Below, in pieces: positions 26,511-37,214 of a stretch of 64,000 bases of DNA. Origin of the DNA: Camelus ferus (taxonomy: Eukaryota). How positions within the stretch are numbered: position 1 is the stretch's first letter; every line of letters starts with the position of its first letter. The position numbers and the translations under genes were made by a program. The notes under the pieces are model-generated. The model saw nothing but the letters and a program-made list of their open reading frames with translations, was not told where the DNA came from and ran no database searches. Where the stretch lies: NCBI RefSeq assembly GCF_009834535.1, contig NC_045696.1:65784001-65848000 (forward strand). The letters are read 5' to 3'.

Positions 26511-28709
26511 AAGGTAGACTAGCTTACGTGCTGACAAGAGAAGTTTACACTTTGGGAACTAGGTGTTCATTTTCCTTGTTATCAAAAGCGGGCTTGAGGC
26601 CTTGATGTCAAGCACTCATTGTATTCCTCCAAAAGTAGGGTCATATTATAGTTGGTTGAGAGATAACGGCCCAAAGGAGACTCTGTAACTAGAGAGCAGT
26701 GGGGCCCCAAACTGCACATAGAAAATTTGGTTAAATGTGTCTGGGGCTTAAAAGAGAAGTCTGAGTTAATGGTGTAGGTTTGAGATTCCTCAGAATATAC
26801 GTAGTCAAAAGGTCACAAGAAATCAATGCAGGGTTTTAAAACCTAATTTTTTAGATTTTGATATATTATGCTTTTTAGGACACATAATGTATTATTTTTC
26901 TAGTATAAACAAAATACATACTCACTATATTAGAAATCACTAACAAGCCAAAGACTAAAGCGAAAATAACACATAATTCAACCATAGAAAGAAATAACTA
27001 CTTGGCAGTAGGTCTTCCTCCTGGAGACGTACGCGTGTCTATTTACTTTTATTAGAAACAGGCCTGCAGCACGTGTACTGTTGTGAAGTATTTTTCATTA
27101 CGGTAAATGTCGTTAATATTTTTCAGGTCACTAAATATCAGTCTACATCAAAATTTTTAACCTTCCACAAAGCAATACCTATTAATCCAGCCTCAGATAC
27201 AATAAAATATTCAAAGTACATATTCTGGTCTTTATTTCCAAGTTGAAAAAGAGAAGCTTTCAAAGCTGCTAACTAGATGTGTGATTTGGGGCTATGTCTC
27301 TTCTCTCTAAGCCATGGTGTTGGAAGGATTGGATTAATGGACCCGTAACATCTCTTGTAAGTTCTGTAACTTCTGTTCTGTTCTATTTTATTCTCTTCTA
27401 TTTTAAAACACGAACTGGTAACATCCTAGTAAATTCAGCATGCGGTCAATGCATTCATCTGATTATACTTAGAAGAAAACTGGGGCAGAGAATGTTCAGT
27501 GGCTAATACTGACTTCTTGGGAGCATGAGAGCCAGGGCTGGGAATGGAACCCCAGAGGCCTCGCTCCAGCAGACTGTGTTCTCATCTACTCAGCAGAACC
27601 AGGCTGGCCACCCCACCCTGCCACTCTGAAATACTGGCTTACCCAGTTTGAACCTCGGAGGTTTTGAGGTTTCAGCATCACTAACCTTTATGGGCAAAAG
27701 CCTGCTTTCCAATCCCAGTGTGGCTTCATTCTGGACATCCTCCCTTTCTAGGCCAAGATTCCAGCTCAGCATTTGCAATAAACCTCTGCCCTCCGGATCC
27801 AGGAGTCGTATCTCGCCTTGTTGTCAGATCCCATTTTAATCTTTAGTGACCATTCCGTTGGATCAGTCCATTGAAGCTGATTCCAATAGTATATTCATTT
27901 TGACTTTTCTTTTGCAGACAGTTTTTGCCACAGTGTAATTTGCTTGGGGGCAGATTGGAGTCTGTGATTACAGACTACCATTGCATTAGTCAGTGCAAAC
28001 CTTGGCATTTCTCTTTTGCGGTACATTTTAAAAGTTAAGTTTCATTAAATTTTTATGACTATCCAATATTTATGTATGGTCAATGGTAAAGGAAGGAAAA
28101 ATGCTTTATGGAATTCATGAGCAAAATTTGAACTCAAGTTAGGAAAGACTGTCAATTTGCCCGATTAGCATTTAAGCCAATATTAAGAATGAAAAATATC
28201 AAGTGTGTACAATGAATGAATCTAATTGGTAAGATTTTCTTTTTACACACGGTTCCACTTGCTGTTAACAAATCCTTATTTCATGAAATGCATCAAGGTA
28301 GTTATTCCATAATCTTCCTGGGTTATGGAGGAAATAGAAATACATTTGAAAAAGTATCATATTTTTAGGATATGTTCTCTTATTTGTATGCAGGTAATAT
28401 ATGCTCTTAAATAAGCTTGCAGTTTTGTATAGAGTTGTCAACAAATTTTTAAAGTCTTACTTAAAAGTTGGGTGATCAAAAATACCCTCCATAAGCAATT
28501 GCTCTTAGATCGTTTGATGACAGATATTCAAGAAGCCTTGAAGGAGTGGTAAACATTTCTCCCTTTAAAAATATGAAGGCAGAAATATTACAAATCACTA
28601 TTTTTCTGGGAAAATTTCTTGTCAAATTTTTTCTGAAATAATAAAAATGTTCTAATGTTCTGATTTCTAAGCTGACCTCCAATCTAATGTTCAAACCTAA
28701 ACTTTTGAA

Positions 28710-28791
28710 TTTTTTGTAATGGAGGTAATGGGGATTGAAATCAGGACCTTGTGCATGCTAAGCACCCACTCTACCACTGAGCTGTACCCCC
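28710..28791 (-). mobile_element. tRNA-derived SINE, Vic-1-like (camelid)
   Basis: ggaggtaatggggattgaaatcaggaccttgtgcatgctaagcacccactctaccactgagctgtaccccc: antisense tRNA-like head with A/B-box remnants, preceded by a T-rich tail. Confidence 0.75.
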
Positions 28792-31700
28792 ATTCCTGGG
28801 CATTTTCATCTGGAGTTCACTGGTCACTTTATACCAAGTATATATTGAATCAAAATTTGATTTCATCCCATCATAAAATTGCTACTTCTCAGTTTCCAAT
28901 CATGGTCAATGACATCTCCGTTATTTTGTATAACTGTAAAATTTTACACCATCTTGATTTTTTTCTCTTAAAAATTAAATCTAATAAAGTAAAAATCTTG
29001 TGATGCCTCCCTTCTGCCCTGATCCACTCCATAATTTTGCATACGTTGAAATACATACATAAGACTTTTAAAATATTTGACATACCATAACTTTAAATGA
29101 GTTAGTCACACTTATTTCTTCTTAGGAAGAGAGAGGCAGAGAGAGACAGAACCATAAAGAGAGTTTGAGCTTTTTTCCTCAAAATTTATACTATGCACTT
29201 AGAATTTTGAATACCTCTAGACCAGCATCTGGTAATTTTCAAATATTGTTGCTTTTTTATAACATTTATAACATAATGAGGTATTTTGCTCATTATTCAT
29301 CCTTTCAGGAATTTGGGTCTATTTATTATTATACTGAAAATCTTATGCCATACTTTCTTTTTTTCAAAACCCCTTTGTAAATCTCTTTTAAGTCTAACAC
29401 TTTATTAAAAAGGATACAGAGAGATGACCTTAGACCAAATATACAAAAATAATTTTTAAATAATATTATGTTTAACAATAAAGGGAACTTTTAATATTGT
29501 GTGTCTGTATTTTAACATACAGAAAAAGGAATGTGCAAAAATACTCAGAAGCATTGCTTCTATCCAATCAGGATTGATTAAACAGATAGGCATTATGTCG
29601 AGAAGAACTAAAATTATGTTATAGATGGACACATAATGGTATGAAAAAATGTTCATGACATAAAATTTAATAGAAATATTATAAAACAGCATGTACAAAG
29701 CACACCCATTTTAGTTAAAGATGTGTGTGACTCTAAAAAAAAAAAGAAGACCCGAGAGACGTATGTCAAACAACTTTACTAGAGAAAAGGCTAAAATTTG
29801 TATCTCTATTTCTGTCTGTGCTCATATGTAATATTATTTCCACATGAAGTTTACTGATCCTGGTACCTGGGTTATGTTGGTTCATAGAAAGATATGTGGA
29901 CTACATACTATTTCTCTACTTTCTAAAAGAATTTGTATATTCTTGGATTTTTTTCATTAAATGTTAGATAAACTTCACCAGTGAAGCCAGCTTAGCCTGG
30001 AATTCTCTAAGTGAGAAAGTTTATCATTATAAATTTAATTTATTTAACATGCTTAGGGCTGTTCAGATTTTTTGATTCTTTTTGTATTAGTTTCGGTTAT
30101 TTCCAGAGTGAAATAAATCACATATTGAACAAGAGAGGGAGGGAGAAAAAGAAAGACATGAGAAACACAGGTACTCTGGTGATCATTGGGAGGAAGGAGT
30201 GAGATGTAAGAAGAGCGACTGCAAGTGTGAATTTGCCATCAATTTATTTCCATGCATGTGGCATGTATTCCTTGTATGTTCAGAAAATGTCGAATGTACT
30301 CCCAATGATGTAAGAGTTTAATAACTTCTGCAACTCTCATTCCCAAGACTGAACTCAATACTTCCAGGCCTTAAAAATAAAAATAGAGTTTAATCTATAA
30401 ATACAAGATTCATATTACTTGCAACAAAGCGTAATGAATCTATAAGCCATCTGTCTTAGTAAAACTGTCAAGAAAGGTAATTAATTTGCAATGTCCACTT
30501 CCACTAAATTAAGTTGTATTTTAAAATTTCATATGCCCTTCATAAGAGTGAAGTTTTTCTTTAAAACACTGACCAAAAAACCAAACCAAAACAAAAATGA
30601 AACAAGTACATCTATTTTTTAAGAGGCTTTGTCACATCTTCGAGTTCACCTCAGGCCTACTAAGGAGTATGGTAGAGGTGGGGTCGGGAGGGGTGGCGAT
30701 TTAGAAATCTGAATGATTACATCAGAGAGAAGATACTAGATTATATGTTAGTCCTGAAATTTAGATATAAACTTATGCAAAGGAAAAGTCACATACAAAC
30801 ATTTTTCATTAAAAAAAATTAATGGGCTGTGCAATGCTATAAGTGTTACAGGCATTTTTATAACCACAACACAAAATCTTTATAATAATCAAATGTAAAA
30901 TACAAGTCTGGGTCAATATACAAGCTAATAGAAATCATAAAGTTTTAGAGACTTGCATTTACGATTGTCACAGGTTTATTCAAACAGCATGAGTCTTGGC
31001 TCTGAGAGAACCTAGCTCAAAAATCAGAATTCTCATTTGAATAAAAGTTTGACAATTTTGTATTTATCAAGAGGCATGAAATCTAAAGCAACTATAAAAC
31101 TATGGTTTGCATGTTCTCATTGAACATTTATCGATCTCTGCTATATGCAAATTACCAAGTTGGGGTGGTAATAGGTTGGAAAACTTTTAGTGCCAATTAT
31201 AAATTCCCACCACCTTTTGGCTCTGGCTATTGCTATGGCAACCAGCAGTCTTCAGATATACCTTAACAATTCCTCATTTCTTATTTTTTTGCCCTAGGGC
31301 TTCTTTTTTTACCTCAATATAGGATGCTGTGGGAGCTGACACAGCCTTTCTGGAATAGCTAAAGATAGGATCCTACTTGACTTGTGGACAGGATTCAGGG
31401 GCTAAAAATCCCTCTGTTGAGTGTCCTAGTCCGATAGTTCTGAGACATACTCTTCGTCTTCTTCAGAAACGTGGCAGGGGAATTTGCTTCTGGTTGTTCA
31501 CAGCAGAACCAAGTCAGTAATGCATTTGGATTAGTCTGCCTTTCTTCCTTACTTCACTCTTGCAATTCCATGCCTCCGATTCCCTGGGAGAATCTTCATA
31601 TGTGTAAGACTTTGTCTCAAACTTTGCTGTTTTGGAGAACCAAAACTAAACGTTATGCAAACATGTGGAAGTTACCCTTCCTACCATGAGAAACTCATAT

Positions 31701-32433
31701 ACTATATATATCTTTAGTTTAGCTCAAGTACAAGAAATATTGTTAGAAGTATATCATGCAAAACAGTTTTGTGCAAAAAATCCACTAGTTGTGTCACAAA
31801 ACTTGTCCTTAAAGCATGTGGCAGAGTTGGAATTCAAAGTCAGATTTGGTTACATCATCATTTATGACTTAATAAGACTAAGAGATCATGCTCAAATCAG
31901 GCAATAGAGGAGAGCTGAATGAATGACATGCACACCAAGGTGTGGGTAGGGTTAAGGAAATCTAAAGGGGGATGGTAAACTGTCCCAGGGGTCAGGAACA
32001 GCAGGGTGCCATCACTACCCCTTAACTGAAGAGGAGGGAGAGAGAGTAATTAGCAGAATCTGGAGACAGTAGCTCCATGGAGAGGGCTACCTTTCAAGAT
32101 CTGTGGCTTTGAGGACAGGAAAGCAGTCAAACAACTGCAGCCTAGCAAGGGGGGATCTAGGGAAGTAAGTACCACACAACCCACCACATGCTGGAGGGAG
32201 AAGTCTGCTGCGAAGTAAGTAAATGTCTGACCTGTCCACAATCTAGAGCTCCACTGGGATGAGAGATTGTGGTTCAAAACAGACTGATTAGTGGAGAACA
32301 AATTCTGACAACGATTGGCTCACTAACCCGGAGGAGGGATGGGCTACAAAGGGCAGAGGAGCATCGTGGAGATCAGCAGCAGCTGCACGAGTCAGGGAGG
32401 ACTTTATTACCTCATCCTTAGTGACACTGATGA

Positions 32434-33017
32434 TGATACAGGAAAAACTGAGGCGAGGGGATGGCTGTGTCCTAGATCTCCTTGGCTTTGCGTAGGAAAG
32501 AATTTAAGAGCGAGCCACAGTTGAGTAAAGGTATATTTATTCACAGAGATACATACTCCATAGACAGAGTGCAGGCTGTCTCAGAAGGCAAGAGAGAGGC
32601 CATGAGGTGTGAAAGTTGGGTGCTCAGTTTAAAGTAAAAGTAGACACACACTTCACAGACAGAGTGTGGGCCATCACGGAAGGTGAGGGAGCGACGGGCC
32701 GTGAGGCATGGTGTTGCTACTTTTTATGTGCTCGGTAACTTCATATGGTAACAAGTGGGAGGATTATTCCAACTACTTCGGGGAAGGGGCTGGGATTTGC
32801 AGGAACTGGGCCATCGCCTATCCTTTGACCATTCTTTTATGATCAGCCTTGAAACTGTCCTGGCACCTGTTGGAGTGCCATTTAGCAGGCTATTGTATTT
32901 CAGTGAGCAAATAATGAAGCTCAAGGTCTACTGGGAGTTGAATCTTCCAGCATCTTGGTGCTAATTGCTATGTCATTCTTTTAATGGTTGTGCCCTGCCC
33001 CCTGCCCTCCTGTCTCA
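32434..33017 (-). mobile_element. ERV solo LTR (same family as 42513-43147)
   Basis: TG...CA termini (tgatacagg...cctgtctca). Reverse complement aligns by eye with the 42513-43147 element (gcaattagcaccaagatg...gtagaccttgagcttcattatttgctcactgaaatacaatagcctgctaaatggcactcc). Confidence 0.8.
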
Positions 33018-34674
33018 AAAGCACAAAACCAGGGCAGCTCCAGAGGTCTAGGTAGTAGGAACTGATGAGCAGTTTTTGTAGAAAGCATAGACCAGTAATG
33101 CAATTCCAAACTTTTCAGACTCTTAAGCACTCTGCTCAGGAAAGAAATTCCAGAAAGAATATTAAACCTCACCTGGGTCACATGCCTATATCCTGATTGG
33201 GTAATAATGGGGCACTTCAACTAATATTATCACCAGACTCAACTCTGTGAGGAAGCAGTTCTTTCACCAAGGCAAAATCAGACTGCTGTTATCAGAAAAA
33301 CAAAAAGACAGATGCTAGGCAGAAAAAAAAAAAGTCCTATTATGCTTATAGCTTACACTTTATATTCCCAGGAGTACTGAGAACAGAACAGATCAACAGC
33401 AACCTTATTACCTGAAACCAATTATTCAGAAGAGTTATATTAGTACAATGAAATATGTGTTATTTTTTAATCTCTAACATCTAACCACACCTGTATTCAG
33501 CTGAATGCATGCATGCACGAATAAACAAATGAACTAATGAATTTAGTTCATTAGTAGGTGCAGCCTACCACAAAATTTTGAGGCCTCTGGATAGTCACAG
33601 AGTGCAAACTCAATTTCTGTGGTAGTTAAATTCAGTGTTTGAATCCTTTTGAAGAAATAAATTTTTTTTAATAGAACTTCACAGTTTAGTGTAGAGGAGA
33701 AGTATCAAATATCATAAATATTTATATTTTTAAATCAGAGGTTGTTTAGCACAAGAATATTTGATACGTAAATAGAGGAAAGCTACTCTTTCGTAAATTT
33801 AGGTGCAAGCTGTGACTTTCGTTGCTGTCGTGATTACCTCCAAATCCTGGAGTTGTGCATTTCAACTTCCTCTTCTCCATTGTTGCATGAGGTTAATTAT
33901 CAAGTCCAATTTCAATTGTGCATCCTATAAGCACCATCTCCATTTCCTTTCCAGAGAGTCCATGCTATTTCTATGTTGGGGATTATACACGTTTGTTAAG
34001 AAAAAAATTGAAATCTGCCCCATATGGCCAGACTTCATGTCTTTCTAAATTATTATTTCCAGCTTCCTTATACGAACCTCATATGCAAGTAAAACTAATC
34101 TTCCAAGAACATGTAAATAATCAACTCACCTAGATTTTTTAGGATGTTCCTTCTTAACAGAAAACTTTATTCTGTTATAAATCGTTGTCTATCAAGTGCC
34201 TATATATCTGTATGTCATGCAAGCCTTACATTCTAGGACAACTGCATTAACACTTAATTCTTACCAATTATTTATCCTTGTGGCCTGAAGCTTATCATTT
34301 AGCCCTTTACAGTTATTATTTGATCTCCAAAATGAGGTTAGGACAACGGGTCTTTAAGATCTTTAGCTACAAGTGCCAAAAGGGAGTAGATCTGAGGGTG
34401 TATTTTCTGTGCATCACTCCATACAACTGTTCACCAGATTCTCCAAAAAATATTATTCATTTGTTTGTGAAAACCTTCAGAAATCCTCTTAGGGTACTAG
34501 AATTAAATAATTATAGAATATAAGACATAGAGAATTTAGAGATCTAATGTTTCCTAAAATTGGAGAGATGCTCTAAAAAATAAATACATTTAAGGTAGAA
34601 AGCACTTTTCATTTTTATTCACTCCATTTCTCTCACACTGATCATTTATTTCAGCTAATATTTGAATGTCATTT

Positions 34675-35126
34675 TGTGAAGGAAAAGCTGGGCTGGTCTA
34701 ACAAGATAACTCACAGGTCTAGGAATGTGAAGGAGAGGCTGGGCTGGGCTAACAAGTCTAAGTATTGGAATACTGATCTGAGTTCTGCTGGACTAACTTG
34801 TAAATCTAAGTTAATTAGTGTTGGTTTGCTGTTTATGTTTTTTGCTAGCCAGCTGGATTTTCAAAGATACATATCTGGCTTTGGAATGTTGGTCTGCTGC
34901 CTCCCCGCCTCCACCTTTGTGATGATAATGCTGCTAAAGCTGTTCCATGCCTATTGGCCAAATACCCCAAGCTTGTACTTTACCCTATAAAACCTCATGT
35001 GCACATCTTAAAGGTGCTCAGAGCTTTGGAGCAGAAGCCCCTCTGAGCCCGCCGGCGTAATATATTTGAGTACTCCAACCCTCCGAGTGGTGCTTGTTTC
35101 TTGACTGGCCTGTCGTTTCCGTAACA
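34675..35126 (+). repeat. 5' LTR (452 bp)
   Basis: TGTGAA...GTAACA termini. Reverse CCAAT (attgg 34953-34957) and TATAAAA (34986-34992). 8 mismatches versus the 3' LTR by manual comparison. Confidence 0.97.
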
Positions 35127-35130
35127 TTTC

Positions 35131-35148
35131 TGGAGGCCCCAGTGAGAT
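35131..35148 (+). promoter_or_regulatory. Primer binding site, tRNA-Thr
   Basis: TGGAGGCCCCAGTGAGAT, 4 nt after the LTR. One CpG-type mismatch to TGGAGGCCCCAGCGAGAT, the complement of the recalled tRNA-Thr(UGU) 3' end. Confidence 0.88.
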
Positions 35149-35350
35149 ACAACCACGCCAGCCCCTTGAGCCGCTGGACTGGTGGCTCCGGCCAACCGGG
35201 GGACGGGATTCCAGCAGCGAACGAGGTGGCGCCGCCCGATGGTATTTCGGGTTCTCCTTCATGATGGCAACTCGGCCCCCGGGTGGCTGGGCTACAACCA
35301 GATCCAGACTCCATGGAGGGATGGACAGACTCACCAGGTGGCTGTCCGGA

Positions 35351-35360
35351 CAAGGTAGGA
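35351..35360 (+). promoter_or_regulatory. Candidate major splice donor in the viral leader
   Basis: caag|gtagga, about 200 nt downstream of the PBS, where class I ERV donors usually lie. Confidence 0.5.
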
Positions 35361-35466
35361 ACCCCCGGGAGGTATCAGGTCCTGTCCCAGTGGACAGAAG
35401 AGGAGGTGGATCCCCTCCTACAGGAAACAGGATATTGGAATTGTTGGGAGGAATGTTGTTAACATC

Positions 35467-35494
35467 TGTGTGTGTGTGTGTGTGTGTGTGTGTG
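35467..35494. repeat. (TG)14 microsatellite in the proviral leader
   Basis: Read directly. Confidence 0.95.
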
Positions 35495-36285
35495 AGTGAA
35501 TGAGCGGCCCGTAAAGCATGCGATCAGGCTCGAGTTTGTAGCTCCGTGGCATTCTGCTATGGAGTTCGAGTGAGTCCCAACCTGCGGTTCTGTGGTGACC
35601 TCATACGGCTCAGGGCGGTATCGGGCCCTCAGGGTCCCGATTGGAGTCAGCGGCTTATACTGACCCGCCAAAGCTAAGAGGCACCTTCGTCCCTGCGAGG
35701 GGAGCGGCCAGGCGGACGGAAAGAAAACCCTCCCTTGCCTTGTCTGCGACACCGGCACAGGGTGGCTACACTGGGAGGGAAAAGGACATAGACAGCCAAT
35801 GAGTCAATGCCCCTGTGCCCTCGGAGGCTAGGATGCTATTTCTTTGAAAAAGTCTCCTACCTGATTCTGTCATAGAACACCCGAGACTTAGTGTTCCCCT
35901 ACAGAACAGACCCAAGTAGTGCCCCTTTTGCCTAGCCCCAGACCCCCAGGACTCGAGTTTAAAAGATGAATTCCTTCAGGAACGGGCTCACCCGGCCTTG
36001 GAGGTCCCTTTACTAGTCCATTTGTTTTACCATCTGCCATCAGTACCACACCCCTGATACGTTAGCTCAGGATATAGAGAGGATTTAATGAAGAAAGTCC
36101 CTGGAACTGCTTGAGGCCTTAAGATCCAGAGACATCAGCTGTAACCGGAACCCAGACTCCCTGACCAAATTAGCCTTGAAACAACTCATAGACCCAGCAA
36201 GAGAGCAGTCTCTCTGGGAACTCCGGTGTTTTGAAGAGTGAAGAAAGAAAAGATACAAAGGCTACCTTCCCAAACATCTAAAAAA

Positions 36286-37188
36286 ATGGGAGGCTCTAAG
36301 TCGAAACCCACCACTCTAGACTACATGATTAAGAATTTCAAAAAGGGGTTCCCAGGAGACTATGGAATTCAAATGACCCCTGGCAGGCTCCACACTTTGT
36401 GTGAGCTTAAATGGCCAGCCTTTGGAGTTGGGTGGCCCTCAGGAGGAACTCTGGACCTAGCAACATTGCGAGCAGTCTATCAAATAATCACTGGAACCCC
36501 AGGCCACCCAGATCAATTCCCTTACATTGACTCCTGGCTGAATATCGCCCAGACTCTACCCCCATGGATTCGGTTCTGCTCAAATGGACCTGGGCAATGC
36601 AAAGTATTAGCAGCCCAGCCAGTCCAGGCCAAAAAGACAGACAGAAAAAAGCCTATTTTCGAGGGAGACGCAGAAGACAGATATGCCTACCTCCTCCGTA
36701 TGCCCCCGGGGCACCAACACCTCCCGTCTGAGGACCCAGAGGCAGAGCCCAGCCCCCAGCCTGAGCAGGTAGGAAGGAGAATCCACTCAGCACAAGCCGG
36801 GAAGCCAGCACCACCGGCCCTCCAAATGCCGCTGTGGGAGACACAAGGGCCACAACAAGTTGGGGAAAACAGGACTGTTCAGCCCGGGAACCCCGTATTC
36901 TGCTACCAACCCTTTAGCACCACAGCCCTTCTCAATTGGCGCCATCATACTCCTTCCTACTCTGAAAAGCCGCCCAGCAATAGCAGCAGCAGCAGCCCCT
37001 GCAGCCCTGGCACCGCCTCCACCTCGGCCACCACCTCCACCTCGGCCGCCGCCTCCATGGCAACTGTCGGGGAACACCAGCCCCTGCCCAGTCCCGAAGC
37101 GATGCTGGGACAGCCTTGGGGCTCTGTTGCAAAGTCATGCAAATATTTGGTCTCTGTCCAGCCCACGATGATTTCTACTTGGTGGTGA
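36286..37188 (+). CDS. gag: Open 300-codon chimeric ORF: Gag matrix to N-terminal capsid, fused to ATXN7-derived sequence (expression unknown)
   Basis: Starts MGGSKS (myristoylation-type), has gamma matrix motifs (LCELKWPAFGVGWPSGGTLD, GHPDQFPYIDSW) and the capsid start (YQPFSTTALLNWRHHTPSYSEKP), then reads into GTASTSA...MATVGEHQPLPSPEAMLGQPW. Stop TGA at 37186-37188. Confidence 0.7.
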   Translation: MGGSKSKPTTLDYMIKNFKKGFPGDYGIQMTPGRLHTLCELKWPAFGVGWPSGGTLDLATLRAVYQIITGTPGHPDQFPYIDSWLNIAQTLPPWIRFCSNGPGQCKVLAAQPVQAKKTDRKKPIFEGDAEDRYAYLLRMPPGHQHLPSEDPEAEPSPQPEQVGRRIHSAQAGKPAPPALQMPLWETQGPQQVGENRTVQPGNPVFCYQPFSTTALLNWRHHTPSYSEKPPSNSSSSSPCSPGTASTSATTSTSAAASMATVGEHQPLPSPEAMLGQPWGSVAKSCKYLVSVQPTMISTWW

Positions 37189-37214
37189 CGACTGTAATCA
37201 GGCTGTCAAGCCGC
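36974..37214 (+). pseudogene. ATXN7: Captured, internally deleted ATXN7 (ataxin-7) mRNA fragment inside gag
   Basis: Three blocks match recalled ATXN7 in the correct order: CAG tract QQ*QQQQP (36975-36998); GTASTSA..AAASMATVGEHQPLPSPEAMLGQPW vs [63 protein letters not shown] vs [35 protein letters not shown]. Confidence 0.93.

Noticed and set aside
28710..28791. tRNA gene (also 46590-46673)
   Set aside because: Degenerate tRNA-like head with an A-rich tail, occurring twice with divergence; a SINE, not a tRNA gene.
32200..32433. GC-richer segment next to the minus-strand LTR as proviral internal sequence
   Set aside because: No PBS follows the LTR end and no retroviral coding motif is seen; left unassigned.
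34676..34990. 104-aa and 121-aa ORFs in the LTRs (also 39307-39672)
   Set aside because: They start at non-ATG or incidental codons in U3, appear twice only because the LTRs are copies, and have no recognisable motif.
36787..37171. Poly-Gly/Ala/Leu/Pro ORFs on both strands over the gag insert
   Set aside because: They are alternative-frame readings of the GC-rich ATXN7 fragment and its short CAG tract; no independent support.
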